44,194 bases of DNA from Candidatus Limnocylindrales bacterium (lineage in GTDB: Bacteria > Patescibacteriota > Saccharimonadia > Saccharimonadales > JAICHO01): NCBI GenBank assembly GCA_035525115.1, contig DATLEQ010000025.1, positions 1-44,194 on the forward strand, given 5' to 3'. Positions 9,435-17,418 of this stretch are shown one piece after another. The notes under the pieces are model-generated. The model worked only from the letters and a program-made list of their open reading frames with translations, searched no databases and was not told the origin of the DNA. The position numbers were made by a program, and so were the translations under genes. Within the stretch, counting starts at the first letter, position 1; each line of letters starts with the position of its first letter.

Positions 9435-11219
9435 ATGAAAGATATTTGGCATATCCTAAAGTTTACCGGCCAACTTAAACGGTACTACATTTCTATTTCG
9501 GTAATGACCATTTTACTAGCTGCAATGAGCCAGTTAGTGCCACTTCTTACTAAACGAGCAATAGATGAGATCACTAAGCTATCTCAAGGCGGGCACGTCA
9601 ATGTTGGGCTCGTGGCAACGCTAGCCTTTTTGATTTTTCTCACTGATATCGGCCAAACATATCTTGGCAATATTAGCGGCTATTGGGGCGATATACTTTC
9701 TATTAAACTAAAACAGCTTATGAGCAAACGTTATTATGAGCACTTATTAAGCCTGCCCCAGCGTTACTATGATACTGAGCTCACCGGTACTATTATTAAT
9801 CGCATGAACCGGGGCATACAGGACATCGGCGACTTTATCCAGATGTTTAGTAATAACTTCTTGCAATTCATCTTTAGTACGATATTTACGCTCATCATTG
9901 TTGCCTATTATGCGTGGCCAGTGGCTTTGATGCTGCTGTTATTATACCCGGTGTTTATCTGGATGACAGCTAAAACCAGTACCAAGTGGCAAGATTACCA
10001 AAAAAAAGTTAATAACTATGTAGATATTGCCAGCGGTCGTTTTGCCGAAAGTGTCAGCCAGGTTAAGGTAGTAAAAAGTTTTATTCAAGAAGCGCGTGAA
10101 TTAAAATATTTTGACCGCCAACTACAAAAAGCAGCTGAAACCGTACAGCCGCAAAGCCGATATTGGCACCGGCAGGACAATCTTCGCCGCAGCGTATTAG
10201 CGTTAATATTTTTCGCCGTCTTTATATACATTTTTGTGGGAGCAGCCCACGGTACCTATAGCATAGGGACTATGGTGCTTTTAATTCAATACTCTATGCT
10301 TATTCGCATACCCATCTTTAGCATTAGTTTTCTGGTAGACCGGACTCAGCGGGCGGTGGCCAACAGCCGAGATTTTTTTGAGGTAATGAAAGAACAGCCA
10401 GAAATCAGCGACGCATCCGGTGCCGCCGAACTTGCGATAACGGCGGGGAGGATTGACTTCAAGCACGTATCCTTTAGCTATGACGTAAACCAGCCTGTAT
10501 TAAAAGATATTACGCTCTCTATAGAGCCGGACACCAAAGTCGCATTGGTGGGTGAAAGTGGAGAAGGTAAAACGACACTGACAAATCTGCTGTTGCGATT
10601 GTACGAACCGCAAAGAGGCAGCATCCTGATTGATAAACAAGATGTACAGTCTATTACCCAGAGATCATTACGCCAAAATGTTGGGGTGGTTTTTCAGGAC
10701 CCTGCTTTGTTTAGTGGCACCATTCGTGAAAACATTGCCTATGCAAACCCGCATGCCACCGACGACGACATAAGAGCAGCCGCCGAGGCGGCGAATGCTG
10801 ATGAATTTATAAATAAACTCGAAAAGAATTACTTAACTGAGATAGGTGAGCGAGGCTTAAAGCTCTCGGGCGGTCAAAAGCAGCGAATTGCTATAGCCCG
10901 TGCCTTATTAAAAGACGCACCCATTCTAATTCTTGATGAAGCTACCAGCAGCTTGGATAGTAAATCCGAAGCGATGGTGCAGCAGGCTCTAGAACGCCTC
11001 ATGCGGGGTCGCACCACAGTGATTATTGCCCATCGTTTGAGTACAATTCAGAATGTAGACCAGATAATTACCCTTAAGAATGGACGTGTTGATGAAATTG
11101 GAACACCGCAGGAATTGTCGCGTAGCGGCGGTATTTATGACCAACTACTAAAATTGCAGCGGGGCAAGGATAAAGAACAAAACAAGAAAAAACTCCAAAC
11201 ATATGACATATCCGCATAA
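9435..11219 (+). CDS. ABC exporter, fused permease/ATPase (MsbA/type I exporter-like)
   Basis: The N-terminal half holds about six TM helices. Motifs seen: Walker A GESGEGKTT, signature LSGGQKQRIAIARAL, Walker B ILILDEATSSLD and H-loop IIAHRL. Confidence 0.85.
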   Translation: MKDIWHILKFTGQLKRYYISISVMTILLAAMSQLVPLLTKRAIDEITKLSQGGHVNVGLVATLAFLIFLTDIGQTYLGNISGYWGDILSIKLKQLMSKRYYEHLLSLPQRYYDTELTGTIINRMNRGIQDIGDFIQMFSNNFLQFIFSTIFTLIIVAYYAWPVALMLLLLYPVFIWMTAKTSTKWQDYQKKVNNYVDIASGRFAESVSQVKVVKSFIQEARELKYFDRQLQKAAETVQPQSRYWHRQDNLRRSVLALIFFAVFIYIFVGAAHGTYSIGTMVLLIQYSMLIRIPIFSISFLVDRTQRAVANSRDFFEVMKEQPEISDASGAAELAITAGRIDFKHVSFSYDVNQPVLKDITLSIEPDTKVALVGESGEGKTTLTNLLLRLYEPQRGSILIDKQDVQSITQRSLRQNVGVVFQDPALFSGTIRENIAYANPHATDDDIRAAAEAANADEFINKLEKNYLTEIGERGLKLSGGQKQRIAIARALLKDAPILILDEATSSLDSKSEAMVQQALERLMRGRTTVIIAHRLSTIQNVDQIITLKNGRVDEIGTPQELSRSGGIYDQLLKLQRGKDKEQNKKKLQTYDISA

Positions 11220-11234
11220 GCTATACTTGGTGTT

Positions 11235-11672
11235 ATGAGAAAAGCCGTCCGAGCAATTGTAATCAGAGACAACCAGTTACTGGTCATGCATCGCAACAAG
11301 TTTGGCAAAGAATACGACACATTACCCGGCGGCAAAGTGGAGGCCAGCGAGTCATTACAAGATGCCCTGGTACGTGAACTTGGCGAAGAAACCGGTGTTC
11401 GTATCGCCAACCAGCAGCTAGTCTATATTGAGCATGCAGGCGAGCCATATGGCGACCAATTTATATTTTTGTGCGACTATGTCTCCGGTGAGCCATTACT
11501 AAATCCTGGCTCTGACGAGGCCGCCATCCATAAACTGGGGAAAAACCTTTATACGCCCGGATGGGTAGATCTCAATGAGTTGTCACAAAAGCCTTTTGTC
11601 TCTGAAAGGCTAAAAAACAAAATAATACACGCCCTTCAGGAGGGCTGGCCGGTTGTGCCCGATGAGTTCTAG
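11235..11672 (+). CDS. NUDIX hydrolase
   Basis: Nudix box GGKVEASESLQDALVRELGEETG. TATACT at 11222-11227 ends 7 nt upstream of the ATG. Confidence 0.8.
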   Translation: MRKAVRAIVIRDNQLLVMHRNKFGKEYDTLPGGKVEASESLQDALVRELGEETGVRIANQQLVYIEHAGEPYGDQFIFLCDYVSGEPLLNPGSDEAAIHKLGKNLYTPGWVDLNELSQKPFVSERLKNKIIHALQEGWPVVPDEF

Positions 11673-11750
11673 CGTTGCTATAAAAACACTAGCCTAGGAC
11701 TACCTTTAAAGGCTATACTTAAGGACAGTTATTTTAAGGAGGGACAGTAT

Positions 11751-12311
11751 ATGGCGAAACCGCATCAACGCGTTTTTGCGCTGATCGCAGCATTGTTGTT
11801 TCTGGGGACATCCGTAGCACTTAGCGCGATAGTTGTTTGGCAGATTCATCAACAGAACCAAGCAGAAAAGACCAAGTCGACTGATTCAACCAACGAGTCA
11901 AAAACAAGCGAATCCACTAAACCTAAGGAGGGCCAATTGCAAGGCACCAAGCTCGCAAACTTTACACCAACTGACAGCGTACCCGCGTTGCAAAAAATAG
12001 ACCTAAAGGAAGGCAATGGTGACGTTGTTAACCCTGGCGATACGGTCACCGCCCATTATACTGGCGCCATAGCCAAGACGGGAATTATTTTCCAGAGTTC
12101 TCATGATGGCCCGAACCAGCCCATACCATTTAGCTTGTCCGGGGTCATTAAGGGTTGGACGGATGGTGTACCTGGCATGAAAGTCGGTGGCATCAGGCGA
12201 TTACTGATACCAGCAACCGAGGCTTATGGCGCTAACCCTCCACAGGGCTCCGGCATCCCTGCCAACGCTGATTTGGTCTTTGATATTGAGATCGTGAAAA
12301 TTGGCCAATAA
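11751..12311 (+). CDS. FKBP-type peptidyl-prolyl cis-trans isomerase, N-terminally membrane anchored
   Basis: N-terminal TM helix (VFALIAALLFLGTSVALSAIVVW), then an FKBP core (GDTVTAHYTG, PFSLSGVIKGWTDGVPGMKVGGIRRLLIPATEAYG, LVFDIEIV). A strong SD (AAGGAGGG) precedes the start. Confidence 0.85.
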   Translation: MAKPHQRVFALIAALLFLGTSVALSAIVVWQIHQQNQAEKTKSTDSTNESKTSESTKPKEGQLQGTKLANFTPTDSVPALQKIDLKEGNGDVVNPGDTVTAHYTGAIAKTGIIFQSSHDGPNQPIPFSLSGVIKGWTDGVPGMKVGGIRRLLIPATEAYGANPPQGSGIPANADLVFDIEIVKIGQ

Positions 12312-12337
12312 TGGCAAAAAACACAACATGTGGGGTC

Positions 12338-12367
12338 TTTACAATTAGCATTAACGCTATATATAAT
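12338..12367 (+). promoter_or_regulatory. putative promoter TTTACA-N18-TATAAT for the glutaredoxin-like gene
   Basis: The -35 is at 12338-12343 and the -10 at 12362-12367. A ~43-nt leader containing SD AAGGAG follows before ATG 12411. Confidence 0.4.
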
Positions 12368-12410
12368 ATAAAGAGCTCGCATAAAACAACAAAATCAAGG
12401 AGATAACCCT

Positions 12411-12659
12411 ATGGTCAAAAACATTACTATTTTTACTACTAATACGTGTGCCTACTGCGGTATGGTCAAAAAATGGCTCGGGGCCAAGGGTTATGAATAC
12501 GAAGAAGTCAATTTAGATCAAAACCCGGAGCGCCAAAAAGAAGCTTATGAAATGAGCGGTGTTTTGAGCGTGCCTGTAACGGTTGTTACTAAAGGGGATG
12601 ATACACGTGAAGTTGTGGTTGGGTATAACCTTGCCAAACTAGCTCCCGCCATAGCCTAA
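12411..12659 (+). CDS. glutaredoxin-like protein (NrdH/YruB-type, CxxC = CAYC)
   Basis: 82 aa. ITIFTTNTCAYCGMVKKWL followed by SVPVTVV fits a thioredoxin-fold redoxin of the NrdH/Grx-like class. Confidence 0.75.
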   Translation: MVKNITIFTTNTCAYCGMVKKWLGAKGYEYEEVNLDQNPERQKEAYEMSGVLSVPVTVVTKGDDTREVVVGYNLAKLAPAIA

Positions 12660-12785
12660 GACTTATCGCTGCGGCTTTTGTTGCAAGCTTTCCATTGCTT
12701 AACAAACCATACTACACTCCGCTCGTTACTCAATCCTTCACTTCAGTTGCACTCAATTAAATAACCCTTTAACATTAGGTAAATA

Positions 12786-13721
12786 ATGGCAGAAGATAAA
12801 GAAATTCATGATGTAGTAATGGTGGGAGCCGGGCCAGCCGCCTTAACGGCGGCAATTTACACGTGCCGGGAAGATATTAAAACGATTTTATACGAAAAAG
12901 CCGTAGTGGGCGGCCTGGCTGCAATAACTGATTGGGTTGATAACTATCCAGGCTTTCCGGACGGAATTGCCGGTCTTGAGCTGGCTGAAAACTTGCGAAA
13001 GCAGGCTGAACGTTTTGGCGCGGACATACGGCTTGGTGATGTCATGGATATAACAGATGATGGTGACTACAAAAAATTAATAACTACAGATGGCGATGTT
13101 TATGCCCGGACGGTTTTAATAGCAACAGGAAGTGACTACAAAAAGTTAGGCATACCGGGAGAGCAGGAATACTACGCGCGCGGCGTGCATTACTGCGCCA
13201 CTTGTGACGGTGCTTTTTATCGGGACAAACGGTTGGTAGTAGTTGGTGGTGGTAACTCCGCGGTCCAAGAGGCTTTATTCTTAACAAGGTTTGCTACGCA
13301 TATTGACCTTTTGGTACGTAGCGAGCTAAAGGCAAGTGAAATCTTGCAGCATGAACTCAGTAAACAGGCGAATAAAATTACCGTGCACTTGGGCATTAAG
13401 ACCGAAGAGATTGTAGCGATTGACAACAAAGTCACAAGCGTCCGCGGTACTGATTCCACAGGGCAAATAGTTAACTACGAAACGGACGGCGTTTTTGTTT
13501 TTATTGGGCTTTTGCCAAATACCGGCTTTTTGCAAAATAAACTTAGTCTTGATGACGTTGGCATGATTAAGACCGATGAAACATTGCAAACCAGTATGCC
13601 AGGAGTGTTTGCGGCCGGCGATGTACGCAGCGGTGCTACGATGCAAATAGCGAGTGCGGCTGGCGAAGGCGCGACCGCAGCAATGATGATACGCAAACAT
13701 CTAGAATCCTTCGCCCTGTAA
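12786..13721 (+). CDS. trxB: thioredoxin-disulfide reductase
   Basis: FAD motif VMVGAGPAALTAAIY, redox centre CATCDG, NADPH motif VVGGGNSAVQEA, C-terminal FAAGDV. Confidence 0.9.
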   Translation: MAEDKEIHDVVMVGAGPAALTAAIYTCREDIKTILYEKAVVGGLAAITDWVDNYPGFPDGIAGLELAENLRKQAERFGADIRLGDVMDITDDGDYKKLITTDGDVYARTVLIATGSDYKKLGIPGEQEYYARGVHYCATCDGAFYRDKRLVVVGGGNSAVQEALFLTRFATHIDLLVRSELKASEILQHELSKQANKITVHLGIKTEEIVAIDNKVTSVRGTDSTGQIVNYETDGVFVFIGLLPNTGFLQNKLSLDDVGMIKTDETLQTSMPGVFAAGDVRSGATMQIASAAGEGATAAMMIRKHLESFAL

Positions 13722-13724
13722 TAT

Positions 13725-13747
13725 AAAACTTTACAGTATGAAGTTTT
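13725..13747 (+). promoter_or_regulatory. inverted repeat AAAACTT-N9-AAGTTTT (core ACTT-N9-AAGT): candidate MarR operator, alternatively a weak trxB terminator hairpin
   Basis: The arms are 13725-13731 and 13741-13747, followed by a T-run to 13750. The repeat overlaps a TTTACA -35 box (13730-13735). The same ACTT-N9-AAGT core recurs at 14217-14233. Confidence 0.4.
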
Positions 13748-13758
13748 TTTGGCAAAAT
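13730..13758 (+). promoter_or_regulatory. putative marR promoter TTTACA-N17-(TGg)CAAAAT
   Basis: The -35 is at 13730-13735, the extended -10 TGg at 13750-13752 and the -10 at 13753-13758. The ATG at 13766 lies 7 nt downstream of the -10. Confidence 0.4.
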
Positions 13759-14206
13759 GTATAGGATGGAGAAATTTGAATTACCCACCATGTATGAACT
13801 TTGCCTGATACACGCACGTGCCGACCGAGCTATGCGGAGCGTAGTATCACGACAACTAGAAAACCATGGCATCACAATGATGGAATGGCTCACACTTGGT
13901 GTCGTTTTGGCTGGCCCAAAGCAAGGCGTCAGTATGTCACAGATTGCAGCAACACTTGACGTGACACTGCCGCAGGTAACTGCTTTGGTTAGCAACTTAC
14001 TGGACGCTAAAATGATCAAACAGCGTGTGCTTGCCAGTGACCGTCGTGGAAGACAGGTTATTGGAACACTTCGAGGCAAAAAAACCTTAGCCAGGCTGGA
14101 AGGTACCATTGCGGAAGCAATGCGTGCGTGGAGCAAGGATATTCCTCCTGATCAGTTGAAGGCATATATCATAACAGTGGCACGTCTAGCAAATAAGGAT
14201 AATTAA
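13757..14206 (+). CDS. MarR-family transcriptional regulator
   Basis: ~146-149 aa with a winged-HTH region (GITMMEWLTLGVVLAGPKQGVSMSQIAATLDVTLPQVTALVSNLLDAKMIKQRVLASDRRGRQV). The ATG at 13757 lies inside the predicted -10, so ATG 13766 (MEKFEL...) may be the true start. Confidence 0.75.
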   Translation: MYRMEKFELPTMYELCLIHARADRAMRSVVSRQLENHGITMMEWLTLGVVLAGPKQGVSMSQIAATLDVTLPQVTALVSNLLDAKMIKQRVLASDRRGRQVIGTLRGKKTLARLEGTIAEAMRAWSKDIPPDQLKAYIITVARLANKDN

Positions 14207-14213
14207 AAAACTA

Positions 14214-14241
14214 TTTACTTAATATTATTAAGTACTATACT
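14214..14241 (+). promoter_or_regulatory. putative promoter TTTACT-N16-TATACT for the 14277 gene
   Basis: The -35 is at 14214-14219 and the -10 at 14236-14241. A ~35-nt leader with SD AAGGAGGG follows before ATG 14277. Confidence 0.4.
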
Positions 14242-14251
14242 TAATAAAGTA
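14216..14251 (+). promoter_or_regulatory. candidate MarR operator pair: perfect 19-bp palindrome TACTTAATA-T-TATTAAGTA plus TACTT-N4-AAGTA
   Basis: 14216-14224 is the exact reverse complement of 14226-14234. A second TACTT...AAGTA site at 14238-14251 overlaps the -10. The region lies directly downstream of marR. Confidence 0.45.
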
Positions 14252-14276
14252 AACTATTATTTAAGGAGGGTTAGGA

Positions 14277-14969
14277 ATGAACGGAAATTCAACAAAATCA
14301 GCAGCTATGATAGTTGCAATCGTGGCACTAGTAATAGGTGGTGGTGCCGGCTACGTATTGGGCCATAAGAAAGACGACACAACTAAAAATGTTTCGAGCC
14401 AGAGCAACAGCGCTCCTGCAACAGATACTAAATCGGCTGGGCTAAGAGTTTTGTTAAACAACCTAGAAGCTCAGCACGTTGACTTAGCTTCGGCAGCTAC
14501 AAGGGCTGGATTTAGCGGAGACAAATCATTCCAGGCTGCAGCTGGCGCATTAGACAAGAACTCTCACGCATTAGCAGATGCTGTCGGTTCAGTCTACGGC
14601 AAAGAAGCTGGTGACAAATTTTATGAAATATGGAATAGTCACATTGGTTTCTTTGTAAATTATACAGTCGCCGCCTCTAAGGGCGACAAAGCGGGCATGG
14701 ACAAAGCAGTCCAAGATTTGAACGGCTACGTGGAAGCAGTTTCTGCCTTCTTAAGCGGCGCCAACCCTAATTTACCTAAGGATGCCGTCGCTCAGCTAGT
14801 TACGGAACATGTTGGTTTACTTAAGAATGCCGTAGACAAGTATGGAGCGGGTGACTACGCCGGTTCTTACGAAGCGCAGCAAGCCGCTCGTGACCAGATT
14901 ACAACTAAGATAGCTGACACCTTGGCTGGTGCTATTGTCAAGCAAAAGCCAGAAGCTTTCAAACAATAA
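14277..14969 (+). CDS. membrane-anchored extracytoplasmic helical protein of unknown function (internal duplication with EHV/QHV motif)
   Basis: N-terminal TM helix (AAMIVAIVALVIGGGAGYVLG), a Ser/Thr-rich linker, then two related helical halves (LEAQHVDLASAA... and LVTEHVGLLKNA...). Strong SD. No named family recognised. Confidence 0.6.
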   Translation: MNGNSTKSAAMIVAIVALVIGGGAGYVLGHKKDDTTKNVSSQSNSAPATDTKSAGLRVLLNNLEAQHVDLASAATRAGFSGDKSFQAAAGALDKNSHALADAVGSVYGKEAGDKFYEIWNSHIGFFVNYTVAASKGDKAGMDKAVQDLNGYVEAVSAFLSGANPNLPKDAVAQLVTEHVGLLKNAVDKYGAGDYAGSYEAQQAARDQITTKIADTLAGAIVKQKPEAFKQ

Positions 14970-15000
14970 GTTGTAGGCCATTAATTTGCGTCAAACACAG

Positions 15001-15041
15001 GGGTACCGGCAGTCATTTATGGCACGGTACCCTTTGTTTTT
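15001..15041 (+). terminator. rho-independent terminator
   Basis: An 8-bp GC-rich stem (GGGTACCG 15001-15008 pairing with CGGTACCC 15025-15032) is followed by TTTGTTTTT. It lies 32 nt after the stop at 14969. Confidence 0.65.
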
Positions 15042-15080
15042 AAAGCATAAGAGGGATACATTAATGCGGAAGGAACCATT

Positions 15081-15497
15081 ATGAAAAAATTGACCCTGAT
15101 AATTATTGTGTTAATTACATCTATAGGAATTGGTAGTGTTGTACTGGGCAAGAACGACAAACCTGATTCTGCCAGCCATGATATGGCGAATACGACTTTT
15201 GGAGGTGACGCTAATAGCAAATCTAACGAACCGATAGCTACTGATAAGGTGACAATAAAGAACTTTGCTTTCGTACCTGCCAAAATAACTGTTAAAAAGG
15301 GTACGAAAGTAACCTGGATTAACGATGATAGTGCCCACCATGATGTCACGCCCGATCAGGCAAGTACAGATTTTGTAGCCAGCAAACTATTGGCCAACGG
15401 CGAAAGCTACAGCTTTACGTTTGAGAAACCAGGAACCTATGCTTACCACTGTTCGCCGCATCCTTACATGAAAGCTATGATTACGGTAACGGAATGA
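15081..15497 (+). CDS. membrane-anchored type-1 copper protein (amicyanin/plastocyanin-like cupredoxin)
   Basis: N-terminal TM anchor. The full T1 copper ligand set is present: His in SAHHDVT and C-x2-H-x2-M in GTYAYHCSPHPYM near the C-terminus. Confidence 0.8.
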   Translation: MKKLTLIIIVLITSIGIGSVVLGKNDKPDSASHDMANTTFGGDANSKSNEPIATDKVTIKNFAFVPAKITVKKGTKVTWINDDSAHHDVTPDQASTDFVASKLLANGESYSFTFEKPGTYAYHCSPHPYMKAMITVTE

Positions 15498-15955
15498 TCA
15501 AGGTAAATAGGTTGCTCCATAGACCAAACATTAAACTTATATTGGTTGCTATAGTAACCGGTGGATTAGCCTTTGCGCTGGTGTTTATTGCAGGTCACAA
15601 ACACGCTCCTAAAAGTGCCAGGTTTTCATCCGACTGTGGTCAAAGAACTACATGTATCGCGCTTGAAAAAGACCAGGCTCAACCGAATGCGGTAACGGTG
15701 CCCGTCGGTGGTTATGTCCAATTTAATAGTGCCGATGGACGGCAGCACAACATTGGGTTGGGCGGCGGCGACGAACATCATGATGGCAAACACGTTCATC
15801 TGGGTGCGTATGCGTCAGGCGATTTTAAGGCGGATGAAGGCTGGAAAGTACAGTTTAATGAAATGGGCACATACGACTTTCATGACCACTATCATCCGGA
15901 TATCCATGTAACTGTGGTCGTATATCAGCCCGGCGGCGACTACAAAATTAAATAG
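15494..15955 (+). CDS. cupredoxin-like paralogue lacking the copper Cys (Cys to Asp), with His-rich loop
   Basis: ATGA overlap with the upstream cupredoxin, plus a TM anchor. GTYDFHDHYHPDIHVTVVV aligns with GTYAYHCSPHPYMKAMITV of the neighbour. It also has an inserted GGGDEHHDGKHVH loop. Confidence 0.55.
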   Translation: MIKVNRLLHRPNIKLILVAIVTGGLAFALVFIAGHKHAPKSARFSSDCGQRTTCIALEKDQAQPNAVTVPVGGYVQFNSADGRQHNIGLGGGDEHHDGKHVHLGAYASGDFKADEGWKVQFNEMGTYDFHDHYHPDIHVTVVVYQPGGDYKIK

Positions 15956-16649
15956 CAGGATAGCCGGGGAAAAAGTCTAGGACCAGCTTGTCCGGGCGTA
16001 TTTTTTTAAATTTAAGTTCCTCTTCAAGTCTTTCCACCATTAGTTCTGGCCCGGATACATATATAAGGGCCTCTTGGATATTGGGAAGCAGGCTTAAAAT
16101 AGTGTCCGCAGTTAAAGGGCCTTTAATGCCTGGCCAATCTGATGTCTGTTGTGATAGGATTGTTTTTGGTTTTACACCGTAACTTTCAAATAAATCGATA
16201 AAAGCTATATCATCCTTATTACTTACTCGATAAATTATCGTAACATCACGGCGGTCATTATTGTCACAGAGCCACTTCACCATACTGCGGACAGGCGTGA
16301 TCCCCAAGCCGCCAGCCACAAAAAGCAAGGGCAGTTGATTATCTTTGGGTAACACAAAATCACCCATCGGCTCTGAAATCATGACCGACACCCCAGGCAT
16401 TAAGCCAAAGAGGGTTTGCTTGAATGTGCTGCTAGGACCCGCACATTTAGTTGTTATGGCCAGCAGCTCTTCGCTCGGCGAAGACGATAGTGTAAACCAA
16501 CGCTTTTGCCCGCGTTGGTCTACGTGCTTATGAGGCAACGTTATTTCAATAAACTGCCCGGCAACATAATCAGGTTTAGTTTCTGCACGAAAGAAAAAGG
16601 TTTGGATATTAGGGGCGACAAGTTCAGAGCCTTCGTATGTGATATGCAT
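15948..16649 (-). CDS. FNR-like FAD/NAD(P)-binding oxidoreductase
   Basis: 233 aa with an FAD motif RWFTLSSSP (RxYS type) and a NAD(P) motif FVAGGLGITPVRSM. No ferredoxin or TM domain. Its 3' end overlaps the convergent cupredoxin gene by 8 nt. Confidence 0.75.
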   Translation of the reverse strand: MHITYEGSELVAPNIQTFFFRAETKPDYVAGQFIEITLPHKHVDQRGQKRWFTLSSSPSEELLAITTKCAGPSSTFKQTLFGLMPGVSVMISEPMGDFVLPKDNQLPLLFVAGGLGITPVRSMVKWLCDNNDRRDVTIIYRVSNKDDIAFIDLFESYGVKPKTILSQQTSDWPGIKGPLTADTILSLLPNIQEALIYVSGPELMVERLEEELKFKKIRPDKLVLDFFPGYPAI

Positions 16650-16657
16650 AATCTGCC

Positions 16658-17371
16658 CTAAGCCCGGCGTGAGGCTCTTTTACCCCGTCGTTTTGTCTTG
16701 CGCAAGAACTGCAGTTGATCTGGAACGTCTGTTGTTATGCTTATCCGCGGATATAGTAAGCGTAGAAAACGTGCAATCCACGGCGTATTTACGGTGTATA
16801 CCATTATATCAAGACGATGATATCGGGCAAGAAAATAAGTAATCGGATTCAGCAACCAGAAATTTAAGTCCACACCAGTCAGGCCCAATACCCTAGCGGT
16901 ATGGATAACGTCAAATGGCTTTGTATCCTCCAGCGCATACACGCGAATATCGGGCATAAGCAGGTGGAAGGAGTATAGCTCGCGGTGACTAAAAGAGATA
17001 ACCTTAAGTTTGCTGACATCTTCTAACTGTCCTAAGAATGTAGCTAATGGTTTGGCCCAACCGTTTTGTTTTGCCTCAATGATGACAGGTACATTTTGTG
17101 CTTTCACAATTGCCTCGGCGAGCGTTACTATTTCTTCTCCGTTATTGAGCCTGATTTGCTTCAGTTTGGCCAGCGAATTTTCTGTGATCAGAGAAGATTT
17201 TTCGCTGACACGCCCGAGGTGCTTATCATGACTAAGTACTAATTTGCTGTCTTTAGTCAACCGTATGTCAAACTCTATGGCGTCTACGCCCGCATCAATA
17301 GCGGCTGCTATGCTTTCGGCAGTATTTTCCAATGCCAGGCCAGCGGCACCTCTGTGACCAATGATATTCAT
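16658..17371 (-). CDS. glpQ: glycerophosphodiester phosphodiesterase
   Basis: GDPD motifs: IIGHRGAAGLALENT, EFDIRLTKDSKLVLSHD. Confidence 0.85.
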   Translation of the reverse strand: MNIIGHRGAAGLALENTAESIAAAIDAGVDAIEFDIRLTKDSKLVLSHDKHLGRVSEKSSLITENSLAKLKQIRLNNGEEIVTLAEAIVKAQNVPVIIEAKQNGWAKPLATFLGQLEDVSKLKVISFSHRELYSFHLLMPDIRVYALEDTKPFDVIHTARVLGLTGVDLNFWLLNPITYFLARYHRLDIMVYTVNTPWIARFLRLLYPRISITTDVPDQLQFLRKTKRRGKRASRRA

Positions 17372-17418
17372 ACTTGTTTATAGTGTACAATAATACCGAA
17401 GTAAATGGAGGAAACCAC

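Noticed and set aside
12678-12705. An imperfect hairpin TTGTT-GC-AAGC/tttccatt/GCTT-AACAA in the 126-nt gap between the glutaredoxin-like gene and trxB.
   Set aside because: The stem is short, AT-rich and bulged, with no downstream T-tract. That is not enough to call a terminator or riboswitch.
13636-14136. A 166-aa minus-strand ORF antisense to marR and the end of trxB, plus other antisense ORFs in trxB (13084-13700).
   Set aside because: The sense-strand genes have clear family motifs. The antisense translations are Ser/Arg/Cys-rich with no recognisable features or promoter or SD signals.
15017-15349. A hydrophobic 110-aa minus-strand ORF opposite the first cupredoxin gene.
   Set aside because: It overlaps the terminator and the well-supported cupredoxin CDS. 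The hydrophobicity is the mirror image of the sense-strand TM and beta-strand codons.
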